Assembly: GCA_001803315.1 (NCBI GenBank)
Contig: MHBQ01000039.1
Location: 1 to 60,329, forward strand
Length of the DNA: 60,329 nt
Direction of reading: 5' to 3'
Source of the DNA: Lentisphaerae bacterium RIFOXYC12_FULL_60_16
GTDB taxonomy: Bacteria > Verrucomicrobiota > Kiritimatiellia > UBA8416 > YA12-FULL-60-10
This document shows, piece by piece, positions 18,129 through 26,895 of the stretch. Made by a program: the position numbers and the translations under genes. Position 1 is the first letter of the stretch. The number at the start of each line of letters is the position of its first letter. Below the pieces are notes generated by a model. It was given only the letters and a program-made list of their open reading frames with translations, searched no databases and was not told the origin of the DNA.

Positions 18129-20120
18129 TCACCCGGAATTTCCCAGGACATCCCTGACTTTGCCGGCCAGGTCCTTTTTTGAAACCGGCTTCTGGATGAA
18201 GTTCACGCCTTCTTCCAGAACACCTTGATGGGCGATCACGTTTGCCGTGTAGCCGGACATAAACAAACACTTAAGTTCCGGGAAAAGGCTCTGCAGCCGT
18301 ATGGACAAATCTCTGCCGTTCATCTTGGGCATCACCACGTCTGTGATAAGCAGATGAATTTTGCCGGCATGCTCCTCGGCCAGACGTATGGCCTCCTCTG
18401 GTGTATTCGCGGCCAGCACGGTGTAACCCAGCTCTTCTAAAATTCTTCGGGTGAGGTTCAGTATCGAAACGTCGTCTTCAACAACTAAAACAGACTCGCC
18501 ACTGCCATACGGGATTTCCGCGGTGTTTTTCTTCTGAAGGCTGTATGCCTTTCCCGCATGCCGGGACAAGTAGAGGCGAAAGGTTGTTCCAGTGCCCGGT
18601 TCACTATATACATTTATAAACCCGGCATTTTGCTTAACGATGCCATACACCGTGGCAAGGCCCAGGCCGGTCCCCTTGCCGGGCTGTTTTGTGGTAAAAA
18701 AGGGCTCGAAAATCTGGTCCTGGGTCTCCTGGTCCATACCAGAGCCATTATCGCTAACCGCCAGCATCACGTATTCCCCCGGAATAAACCCTGCATGGTC
18801 GGCGCAGTAGGCTTCGTCGAATATTGCATTTTTCGTTTCAATGGTGATCTTGCCGACATCGGTAATGGCGTCCCGGGAGTTAACACAGAGGTTGGCCAGG
18901 ATCTGGTCGATCTGAGAGGGGTCTGCTTTTATAGACCACAGGTCTGTTCCTGGGATCCAGGCCAGATCGATGTCTTCACCGATGAGCCGCTGGAGCATCT
19001 TGAGCATGTCTTTCATGATCGCGTTCAGGTCGAGCACTATGGGAGCAATGGCTTGTCGACGGGCAAAGGCCAGCAACTGCCGGGTAATGCCTGTGGCGCG
19101 TTCGGCGGCGTTCAAAACTTCTTTCAGGTTGTCACGTAGCGGACTCTCCGGTTCCAGTTTTTCTATAGATAACTCCGAGTATCCCATGATGATGCTGAGC
19201 ATGTTGTTGTAATCGTGTGCCACCCCACCGGCCAGACGTCCGACCGTTTCCATTTTTTGGGCTTGCATAAACTGAGCCCTGAGTTCTTCCGTTTCTTTTG
19301 CAGCCTGCTTGCGCCCGGTGATGTCCTGAATCTGGGCGATGAGAAATAATGGTTGTTCAGCACTATCACGGACCAATGACACATGAATCTCAGCCCATAC
19401 AAGGCTCCCCTCTTTGCGAAAGCCGCGCATCTCCATCTCGTAAGTGTCAATCTCGCCCACCAGCACCTGTTTGTTATTCGCAAGAATCGCTTCGATATCA
19501 TCCGGGTGTGTAAATTCCTGAAAGGTTTTCGTAAGCAGTTCTTCTTTGGAATAGCCCAACATCCGGCAAAGCGCGGTATTCACCTTCAGAAAAGACACGT
19601 CGGGGGCGACCAGTGCCTTCCCAATAGGCGAACAATCGAATGCATTTCTCAGAATTTCCTCTGCTTCGGCCAATTGCGCGGTGCGCTGCCGGATACGCGT
19701 TTCCAGCTCTGTATTTAGCTGTTCCAGCGCAACCTCGGCCTGTTTGCGGTCGCTGATGTCATGAGCCGTTTCCACTGCACCGAGGATGCGGCCTTTCGCG
19801 TCTTTAAGTGGCGCGCTCTTTGACAGCCACGAACCTTGCGAGATGGGCCAGCGATCCTGATTCTGCGGCGTCAACTCTGCTTCGTGTGGTTCTCCGTCCT
19901 GAATAGTTAGCGTCACCGGGCAGCCGCGGCATGGGTTATCAAGCCGCCAAGACGAGTAACACTTTTTTCCTTCGATCTCCTGAAGTGAAAATCCTGTCGC
20001 TTTGAGGTATGCCTTATTCGCCCACACAATGTTGTGATCAGTGTCGTGAACTGCGATAATCATAGGGGCCGCATCAAGAGCATCCACCTTCAAGTCGCTA
20101 TGAATCGGTGCTTGTAACAT
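18129..20120 (-). CDS. PAS-PAS hybrid histidine kinase/response regulator
   Basis: H-box GVAHDYNN, N-box NLCVNSRDA, DNGSGM, FFTTK, GTGLGL, receiver ITDVVMP. Confidence 0.95.
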   Translation of the reverse strand: MLQAPIHSDLKVDALDAAPMIIAVHDTDHNIVWANKAYLKATGFSLQEIEGKKCYSSWRLDNPCRGCPVTLTIQDGEPHEAELTPQNQDRWPISQGSWLSKSAPLKDAKGRILGAVETAHDISDRKQAEVALEQLNTELETRIRQRTAQLAEAEEILRNAFDCSPIGKALVAPDVSFLKVNTALCRMLGYSKEELLTKTFQEFTHPDDIEAILANNKQVLVGEIDTYEMEMRGFRKEGSLVWAEIHVSLVRDSAEQPLFLIAQIQDITGRKQAAKETEELRAQFMQAQKMETVGRLAGGVAHDYNNMLSIIMGYSELSIEKLEPESPLRDNLKEVLNAAERATGITRQLLAFARRQAIAPIVLDLNAIMKDMLKMLQRLIGEDIDLAWIPGTDLWSIKADPSQIDQILANLCVNSRDAITDVGKITIETKNAIFDEAYCADHAGFIPGEYVMLAVSDNGSGMDQETQDQIFEPFFTTKQPGKGTGLGLATVYGIVKQNAGFINVYSEPGTGTTFRLYLSRHAGKAYSLQKKNTAEIPYGSGESVLVVEDDVSILNLTRRILEELGYTVLAANTPEEAIRLAEEHAGKIHLLITDVVMPKMNGRDLSIRLQSLFPELKCLFMSGYTANVIAHQGVLEEGVNFIQKPVSKKDLAGKVRDVLGNSG

Positions 20121-20314
20121 ATTTTTCTCCCGTATGTCAGGAGTCTCCTGACAACTAATTCAGCATATCCTCGATGGTGCGAAACACAAGAAAGTTTCCA
20201 GATTAATCGCGTTATTGCCTGCACACCTTGGCGAATTTGCGGAGTTCCTGGTGTGTAAGGGAGATGGTGTATCTGTTTCTGTATTCTTCGGAATAGGACG
20301 GGAAGGGTTCCGGC

Positions 20315-20410
20315 CCTCGCCGAGACCGGCTACAGGAGGTGGGAGTATCCGGCTGTAGCCGCGGTCGACGTGCCACGCCGAAGCGTCCGTGCGAAGGCGG
20401 GTGACCGCGG
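20315..20410. repeat. REP-like palindromic cluster
   Basis: CGGCTACA/TGTAGCCG pair; CGAAGCGT...GCGAAGGCGGGTG shared with about 26565-26590. Confidence 0.5.
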
Positions 20411-20450
20411 ATGCGGCGGCAGGTTTGATAGTTTGTATGCCCCGTGGTAT

Positions 20451-21491
20451 TCAGATCTTCTTCAGAACATCCTGATCGATGATGCCAGCGTCTATCATTT
20501 GGCGGGCAACGGCGGACAGGTCGGCGGACGGAAATTCGCAGAGCTTGCGCCGTAACTGGCTTAGCCCGGGATTCTGCGTGATGAAGTCGCGCCATTCGTC
20601 GGTGGGCGACAGGACTCCGACAATCGGGACCCGTCCTTTCCCGTCCTTACGAAGCACCAGGCGATGCGACACGACTCCCGTGATCGCGGAGGCAACTAGG
20701 AAAGGTTCAAACCCCTGGTGTAGCATCCGTGAATAGACAGACGCGATATCCCCGGCATGGTACGTGGTAATGATCCGGTGTCCGGTCAGGGCTGCATCCA
20801 ACGTCACGCGGACAACATCAGGATCGCGCATTTCACCCACGACCAGGGTCTTAACATCCTGTCGAAGCGATGCGCGCAATGCCTGGGCATAACCCCACCC
20901 GTCACCTTCCCTGACGCTAACCTGGGTGATACCTTCTATTTCCGACTCAATGGGGTCTTCCAGCGTGATGATGGAGGCCGTATCCTGCTGTTGGCGTAAT
21001 AATTCGCGGACCAACGCATAGATGGTGGTTGTCTTGCCACAACCCGTTGGCCCGGTCAGGACAATCATCCCCGCCGGAGCGGCCAACATGGAGCGTAATG
21101 CGGCAACGGCGTCCGGCGGAAACTGCAGCGATTCCAGATACAAGGGGCCAGTTGCCTTCTGTAGAACGCGAATGGTAATGCGCTCGCCATAGCGGGAGGG
21201 CATGACGGCCACACGCAATTCAACCCGCTCATGGCCATTGCCTTCATGGATGACACCATCCTGTGAGATGCGGGTCCGATAGGTCAAGAGACCCGCCAGC
21301 ACTTTGACTCGCGTCACGCACTTCTCGCCGAACTCACACGGAACACGTGCGGCGTCACGTTGTATCCCGTTCACTTTGAACCGGACTTCCAGGTCCATTC
21401 TCGACGGCAGCAGGTAAATATCGCTCGCACCGGCCTGGATGGCTTCCTTCAGAATCCGCGCTATGAAGTCCTGTGGTTCTTCCTGTAACAT
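20451..21491 (-). CDS. GspE/PilB-family secretion ATPase, short form
   Basis: ASDIY, Walker A GPTGCGKTTT, TLEDPIE, LRQD...VGEMRD, ALTGH. Confidence 0.9.
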   Translation of the reverse strand: MLQEEPQDFIARILKEAIQAGASDIYLLPSRMDLEVRFKVNGIQRDAARVPCEFGEKCVTRVKVLAGLLTYRTRISQDGVIHEGNGHERVELRVAVMPSRYGERITIRVLQKATGPLYLESLQFPPDAVAALRSMLAAPAGMIVLTGPTGCGKTTTIYALVRELLRQQQDTASIITLEDPIESEIEGITQVSVREGDGWGYAQALRASLRQDVKTLVVGEMRDPDVVRVTLDAALTGHRIITTYHAGDIASVYSRMLHQGFEPFLVASAITGVVSHRLVLRKDGKGRVPIVGVLSPTDEWRDFITQNPGLSQLRRKLCEFPSADLSAVARQMIDAGIIDQDVLKKI

Positions 21492-21595
21492 GGCGGCCTC
21501 GAATTTCAGGGTGACACCTGGACAGGCTATCGCGTTGCCAGGGATGGCGCAAGGGCACAAGTCGTGCCGCCGCAGAAATACAGGCTGAAACGTAT

Positions 21596-21623
21596 TTGAC
21601 TACAAACCGCTTACTGCTAGAGT
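21596..21623 (+). promoter_or_regulatory. Possible sigma70 promoter for the gspF operon
   Basis: TTGACT-16 nt-TAGAGT with a TG extension. Confidence 0.4.
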
Positions 21624-21657
21624 TGAGTGGTCAGAAGCGTTGCAGTGATGGTGTATT

Positions 21658-22710
21658 ATGAAGGCAAGAGCCGCCACAATCGCTGACTTTTATCACCAGC
21701 TCGCCCTGCTCGTTCAATCAAACTTTCCCCTTCCGGACAGCCTCCGTCGACTGATCCAGTCGATCCCGGGTTCCGACGTACGCCGGATACTTAAGGAGAT
21801 TCGCGGCCGCACGAGCAACGGTGAAAAGCTTTCGGAAGTCCTGGCTGCCTATCCGCGGTATTTCGACCACTTCCATGTCCGGCTGATTGCCGTTGGAGAA
21901 TCAACGGATTCCCTGTCGGAGATCCTCTATGCGGTGGCGAGAGAGAGCCGGTTTGAACAATTCCTGGTCAGTAAGGCCCGTGAGATCATGACCTATCCCC
22001 TTTTTGTCCTCAACATGGCAGCTATACTCTTCCTGGGCATCGCCGTATACCTGATGCCTATCTTTGAGGATGCATACGCCCAGATGGCGTTCAGTGGTGC
22101 CACGGTACCGGTCTTCATCAACGCCAGCCTGAAAGTCAGCCACGCGGCGAGACAGTACTGGCCGGTACTGGCCGCCCTGCTTGTTCTGTGCTGGATCACG
22201 ACCGCCTGGTTGTACAGCGGCACGGTTTACGCACACCGGGCCATGGTCAGTCTTCTGGACCACCTGCCAGGCGCCGCAGGAGTTGGACGTGTTCTCGATT
22301 CCGCGCGAATCTGCAGCATGAACCGCATTTTCATGGAACGACACCAACCGATGCCGGAAGCCCTTCGCGCATCCGCACTCGTCGTCCAGCAATCTGAAAC
22401 ACAGGCGGCCTTGCGACGGGTGGCGGATCAGGCCGCACAGGGTGGCAACCTGGCCGAATTACTGTCCTGCGAGAAGGCTATCGATTCCCTGATTTCAGAC
22501 ACACTCAAGTTCAAACCGGAAGCGCAACTGGCGGATTCAATGGGAGACCTCCAGAAGCACTATGAAGAAGACGTCCTGGTGATGACGCGCAACGCCGCAG
22601 CCACATGGAGCATCATGGGTATCCTGATGATGACAACCGCCGCGCTGCTGATGGTCGTCCTGGTCTTTGCCCCGGTTGTCAGCGTGCACCGCGCAGTCAG
22701 CGGCCTGTGA
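21658..22710 (+). CDS. GspF/PilC-family platform protein
   Basis: FYHQLALLVQSNFPL, GEKLSEVL, LIAVGEST, TYP; three TM segments. Confidence 0.85.
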   Translation: MKARAATIADFYHQLALLVQSNFPLPDSLRRLIQSIPGSDVRRILKEIRGRTSNGEKLSEVLAAYPRYFDHFHVRLIAVGESTDSLSEILYAVARESRFEQFLVSKAREIMTYPLFVLNMAAILFLGIAVYLMPIFEDAYAQMAFSGATVPVFINASLKVSHAARQYWPVLAALLVLCWITTAWLYSGTVYAHRAMVSLLDHLPGAAGVGRVLDSARICSMNRIFMERHQPMPEALRASALVVQQSETQAALRRVADQAAQGGNLAELLSCEKAIDSLISDTLKFKPEAQLADSMGDLQKHYEEDVLVMTRNAAATWSIMGILMMTTAALLMVVLVFAPVVSVHRAVSGL

Positions 22711-22720
22711 GAGACATGAC

Positions 22721-23836
22721 ATGAACGAAATGATCGATAGGGAGGTGATTCCCTGGTTTGGCTATCGCCGCCGGCGACGGAGCGAGATGTATGCGCTGCA
22801 GATTGTAGAAACCCTGGCCTTGGCCGTGAAAATGCAGGTCCCGATTGTATCCATCCTGGGATGGCTCCTGGAGGATCTCAACCGGTCCAGCATCATGTCC
22901 AGGATGTGGGCCCAGGTCCGTTGGAGCAAAACACGCCGCTGGTCCAGTCGGTTGAAGCGCCTTATTCGCGATCTCTCAGAAGGCCAGTCGCTGGGCTTGT
23001 CCCTTGAACGCCACCTGGGATCCCAGCTCCCTCCATACTACTCAGTCGCCGTGCAGAAGGCGGAAGCCGAGGACCAGTTGGAAATCGTCTTGCCGCTCAT
23101 GGCGAAGCGAATCCAGTATCAGCAGGCGGTGGCTGACGACCGTTTTCCTTACATGCCACTACTCATTTTCCAGGTATCCGTGATCCTGTTGGTGTTACTA
23201 CTCCAGGAAAAGATAATCGTGCCGATCTTTTTCGCGATGGCTCGGGATTTCAATTCGGCACCGTCCCTTTGGACAGGGCTGATGCTGGCCTGGGTGAACA
23301 CGGTCCTCGCGGTGTGTTTTTTGGTTGGTATGTTGCTCCTCTTTGTATTGAAACGCGCATCCCTTCGGGAGGCGCTGCTCCCCTGGGTTCCGTTCATTGC
23401 CCGTGAGAAGCGGCGTCTGCTGGTCCGTGATCTAGCCCAAAGCATGGGCGTTTTCATGGCCTCCGGCGAGGATGTACTGGGTGCCGCGCGCTGGAGCCTG
23501 AATGCAACGGTTTCGCCCTGGTTGAAGACACGTCTGCAGACGTTTATTGACCGTGTCAGCGGCGGGGAACACTGGGCGCAGGCATGGGAAGGCATGGAGC
23601 TGGGTTCGTATACCTACCCCTGGCTTATGGCCAATGCGGCGGCACGGCAGGATCCGCAGGGCGGTTTTGAAACCCTCTCCGAGTGGCTGCACCAGGATAT
23701 CAGCCACACCACACGCACCTTGCGACGGTGGTTCACGCCCTGCGTGGTGATTGTCCTCGGAATGCTGGTGCTGACAATTGCCGGCACGTTATTCGGAATG
23801 ATGGGAGTCCAATGGGAACTCAACTTCACAAGGTGA
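22721..23836 (+). CDS. Second, divergent GspF/PilC-family protein
   Basis: GQSLGLSL, LAQSMGVFMASGEDV; similar TM layout. Confidence 0.75.
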   Translation: MNEMIDREVIPWFGYRRRRRSEMYALQIVETLALAVKMQVPIVSILGWLLEDLNRSSIMSRMWAQVRWSKTRRWSSRLKRLIRDLSEGQSLGLSLERHLGSQLPPYYSVAVQKAEAEDQLEIVLPLMAKRIQYQQAVADDRFPYMPLLIFQVSVILLVLLLQEKIIVPIFFAMARDFNSAPSLWTGLMLAWVNTVLAVCFLVGMLLLFVLKRASLREALLPWVPFIAREKRRLLVRDLAQSMGVFMASGEDVLGAARWSLNATVSPWLKTRLQTFIDRVSGGEHWAQAWEGMELGSYTYPWLMANAAARQDPQGGFETLSEWLHQDISHTTRTLRRWFTPCVVIVLGMLVLTIAGTLFGMMGVQWELNFTR

Positions 23837-24327
23837 TGCAGATATTGAAACAGGAAACACCTGCATCTGCAGGATGCCGCACACCACTGGTGCTTTGCCC
23901 TGCGTTCCGTCGCGCCGCAGCGATGGTAGAGGGGACATCCGGTTTTGCGCTTGTGGAGGTGGTCATCGCCCTCTGTGTGGTAACTGCGGCTTTCGTCAGT
24001 GTTTTCGCGCTGGCCTATCAGAGCATGCGCGTCGTGAACGATATGAAAAGCGAATTGCATGCGGCTTTGGCCGCCGAATCGGAGATGGAACGTATCCGCG
24101 CCATGCCCCGTGACCAATTCATGGAACTGAGCCCATCTATGGCCCTGGACCTCACCGTGCTGAGGAAGGGAAAAGGCGAAGTCAGAATCCTGCCGGTGAA
24201 CGACGAACCGGGAAATGAGGGAATCCGTGTTGTGTCTGTACGGATCGCGTGGGTGAACCGGAACGGCCGGGCGCAGGAACTGGCGTTTGCAACGTTGATG
24301 GCCAACCGCGGTAAGGAACGCCCATGA
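23836..24327 (+). CDS. Prepilin-type (PilV/GspI-like) protein
   Basis: G|FALVEV cleavage motif followed by a hydrophobic helix; start uncertain (23836 or 23923). Confidence 0.8.
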   Translation: MQILKQETPASAGCRTPLVLCPAFRRAAAMVEGTSGFALVEVVIALCVVTAAFVSVFALAYQSMRVVNDMKSELHAALAAESEMERIRAMPRDQFMELSPSMALDLTVLRKGKGEVRILPVNDEPGNEGIRVVSVRIAWVNRNGRAQELAFATLMANRGKERP

Positions 24328-24836
24328 CTTCAGCAAGACACTTCGCCAACTCCGGTTTCACGCTGTTGGAGGTCATGTTCGTGGTGGTGGTCATGGCACT
24401 GCTGTCGGCCACGGTTCTGACAACATTCGCCAGTCTGAATCGTGCCGCCACGGCCTTGACGGGATATCGGGGAAAACATGCGGGGGCCCGCTATGCACTG
24501 GCCGTCATTGCCAACGACATCCGGGAAGCACGAACCGTCTCGATGTCATCCCTGCCATCGAGTCCCCTGACCGTAGAGGGACTGGACGGCCAGGTGTTGT
24601 ACGTCCTCGAGGAAGGAGTTCTGAGTCGACACACCGCCGCCCCCTGCCGCCGCCTTTGTGCGGGTGTTACAGGCATACAGGTGGATCTACTGACGCGTGA
24701 TGGCGCGCCAGCGGCAGACGCCGGGAGTGTGGCGCTGATTCGCACGACGCTGCACCTTGCCGAAACCGGCCGGGGCCAACATTCCACCAACACCTTTTCG
24801 CTTGTCACCGCGAGGCGAAACAGAGGCGGGTCATGA
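24324..24836 (+). CDS. Prepilin-type (PilW/GspJ-like) protein
   Basis: G|FTLLEV motif; IANDIREA. Confidence 0.85.
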   Translation: MTSARHFANSGFTLLEVMFVVVVMALLSATVLTTFASLNRAATALTGYRGKHAGARYALAVIANDIREARTVSMSSLPSSPLTVEGLDGQVLYVLEEGVLSRHTAAPCRRLCAGVTGIQVDLLTRDGAPAADAGSVALIRTTLHLAETGRGQHSTNTFSLVTARRNRGGS

Positions 24837-25294
24837 ACACGGAAATCGTTAGATCCAAGCAGGGGTTCTCACTGGCGGCAGCCTTCCTTTATGTGGCCAC
24901 CATCACGGTTGTTTTTGCTTCCGTAACCAGTCTGGTTCTGACGGAGTACCGGATCACGAAGGATTCCACGGCTCGTACACAGGCCCTGTATGCCGCGGAG
25001 GCAGGGATAAATCTCGCCCTGCACGAGTTCAACAAGAAAGCTCAGGAGACCGCCTGGAACGGCTGGACTCAGGATGGGACAACGTACCACCTGGACTCAA
25101 CGCCGCCGATTCTTGCACAGGAATCCACCTTGAAACCGGAACTGAGCGTCACAGCCGAACCAACATCGCTGACTATCACAGCCACCGGTCGTGCGTTCTC
25201 TGCAGCACGATCGACCACCATCTCAAGATGTTTGGTGGTAACACTGAAACGCGAGCACAAGACCCATGTCATTCAGTCATGGGACGAGCTGTAG
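24833..25294 (+). CDS. PilX/GspK-like minor pilin
   Basis: G|FSLAA without Glu5; QALYAAEAGI. Confidence 0.75.
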   Translation: MNTEIVRSKQGFSLAAAFLYVATITVVFASVTSLVLTEYRITKDSTARTQALYAAEAGINLALHEFNKKAQETAWNGWTQDGTTYHLDSTPPILAQESTLKPELSVTAEPTSLTITATGRAFSAARSTTISRCLVVTLKREHKTHVIQSWDEL

Positions 25295-25325
25295 ACGGTG
25301 GGCCTTTCGGCACATCGGGAATAGC

Positions 25326-25390
25326 AAAAACCCGGGAACACGCGAAATATTTGCAGAAACGGGTGGAAATTGCACCTGGTGTTCTCTTTG
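25326..25390. repeat. Dispersed intergenic element, copy 2
   Basis: AAATATTTGCAGAAACGGGTGGAAATTGCACCTGGTGTTCTCTTTG. Confidence 0.75.
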
Positions 25391-25409
25391 ACCTCGTCTC
25401 ATCATCAGC

Positions 25410-25466
25410 ACCCGTACATAAGGTGGTGTGGGAGGGGGGCTCAGCGATGGGGCTTCCTATCCTGAT
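25410..25466 (+). mobile_element. Group II intron 3' remnant (3' half of domain V plus domain VI)
   Basis: ACCCGTACATAAGGTGGTGTGGGAGGGGGGCTCAGCGATGGGGCTTCCTATCCTGAT parallels ACCCGCATGCCAGGTGGTGTGGGA...ACCCGAT at 58.7 kb. Confidence 0.75.
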
Positions 25467-25819
25467 CGAGATCATGGTCATTTGGCACAAGATTAACAAC
25501 AGGTGCAATTCCGTGAGCGGTGCAAGAACGGTTCTCCCCAATCTTTCCGATCAGATACTTCCCCCCCAGAAGGACAAGATGGCAAACGTCTCTCTGGCAG
25601 ATACGGTATGACTACATCGACGTCTATCGCATGGCCTTCGGACCATCCCTTCACCATGGCCGTCGACTGGATCGTTGAATTTAGAAGCTGTAGGTTGTGG
25701 AGACAGGCATTCCGGTGTGACGTTCGACGAGCACGCAGAAACGATGGCATAAACACCAGAAGGACGATGATCAGAATTGCCGGCACAAATACGGTATTCG
25801 CAGTTAATTTCTTGTTCAT
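25441..25819 (-). pseudogene. Pilin-like (GspG/PilA-type) protein frameshifted in a G7 run; probable gene cassette
   Basis: PSFLRARRTS..NACLHNL; removing one G at 25561-25567 restores CPSGGKYLIGKIGENRSCTAHG. Confidence 0.65.
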
Positions 25820-25826
25820 CCGCTGG

Positions 25827-25904
25827 GTCTAATGTCAGCCTTTGTGCGCTGGGGAAGCCGCACCCGGCGCGGTTTCCGAAGTCGCATGCGAGGCTTGGTT
25901 CGAC
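25827..25904 (-). mobile_element. Integron attC site (R' mutated to ATT)
   Basis: Minus strand R'' GTCGAAC 17 nt after the toxin stop and R' ATTAGAC 8 nt before the next ATG; plus strand folds into a long hairpin with extrahelical C and T. Confidence 0.7.
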
Positions 25905-25920
25905 GGTCCTCGCTCCTCGG

Positions 25921-26202
25921 CTATTGGGTCCGTCTCAGTTGTTCGACTTTCTGGTCGTAGTGCTTGTGGGAACCAATCCAGAACCACACAATCATGTCAT
26001 CCCGTTTGACGCCAATGGCTCGCCAGTGCAGTCCGATACGAACGGAGTAGATGGGAAGGGTCTGGTGGATTGTCTTGAACTGCAGGGACGGGTGCCAAGG
26101 GTCCCTCATCCAGCGGGCGTACGCTCGCCTGGCGTATGCCCGGACATCAGGGGACAAGGCGGCAAGCCGACGACGGAACTCGCGAGTGGTGTCAGAAGTC
26201 AC
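25921..26202 (-). CDS. RelE/ParE-superfamily toxin
   Basis: DPWHPSLQFK, YSVRIG..WRA, WFWIGSH; GTG start overlapping the antitoxin end. Confidence 0.85.
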   Translation of the reverse strand: MTSDTTREFRRRLAALSPDVRAYARRAYARWMRDPWHPSLQFKTIHQTLPIYSVRIGLHWRAIGVKRDDMIVWFWIGSHKHYDQKVEQLRRTQ

Positions 26203-26413
26203 GCTTCGTGTCCAGCGGCTTCGTTTGGCCTGCGTCATATTCCGCCAAGGCTTCCCTCGCCATGCAGGTCAGTTCGTCCTGGGATGCGGCAAACGCCTCG
26301 TCCCAGACGGCCTCGGCCTCGATCTCGGCAATGAGAAACCGGCCAACCGCATCCTGTTCTGCTTCCGGCAGAGACGCCGCTTTGGCAAACGCTTCTTCGA
26401 GTACCTTCGTCAT
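26192..26413 (-). CDS. Cognate antitoxin
   Basis: Acidic 73-aa protein (LPEAEQD...WDEAF...EALAEYDAG) directly upstream of the toxin. Confidence 0.85.
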   Translation of the reverse strand: MTKVLEEAFAKAASLPEAEQDAVGRFLIAEIEAEAVWDEAFAASQDELTCMAREALAEYDAGQTKPLDTKRDF

Positions 26414-26559
26414 GGCACTATCCTAGAACGGCTGAGGTGCGATCTCAATTCCTTTCTTCCCTTCTCGTCGAACAGACGCGCCTTCGAGTTTCACCCGACG
26501 GCGCGGCAGAAGGAAGCGTGAGTTGACCGAATCGGGTATGGAATTGTATGTGGGAATAG

Positions 26560-26840
26560 CGCACACGAAGCGTTGGCGCGAAGGCGGGTGGGTGCGGATG
26601 TGGCGGGTGGGGAGGCGCTCGTAGAGCGCGGCTCCACCCGTAAAATGTAGCACCGCTCTACGAGCGGTCCCGATGAGGCAACGAAGAAACTGAAGGGGGG
26701 GACGGGAAACCGCGTTAGGGACCCTGTTTCGCCGAGGGCTTCGCAGGGCAAGCAACGCGGTCCACCGGGGGATGGCTCGCCAGGGACGACTCGCCCTACC
26801 AAGGGGAGGGGACGGCGTCGCGGGAGCTCTGCCCTCCAGG
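26560..26840. repeat. Cluster of REP-like palindromes
   Basis: CGCTCGTAGAGCG / TGTAGCACCGCTCTACGAGCGG, GGCTCGCCAGGGACGACTCGCCCTACC, GGCGTCGCGGGAGCTCTGCCCTCCA with GTAG/GGAG ends. Confidence 0.65.
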
Positions 26841-26895
26841 GGAAGGGGAGGGATTGTGGAACGTTAAACGTTGAATGTGGTGGCGAGTGTAGGGG

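Noticed and set aside
18091-20210. Histidine kinase as an integron cassette (GGTGAAC overlaps its stop; lower GC)
   Set aside because: No complementary attC arm downstream and no matching R' upstream could be found.
26467-26530. Complete attC upstream of the TA cassette
   Set aside because: The R' box and a weak hairpin are present, but there is no correctly spaced R''; at most a remnant.
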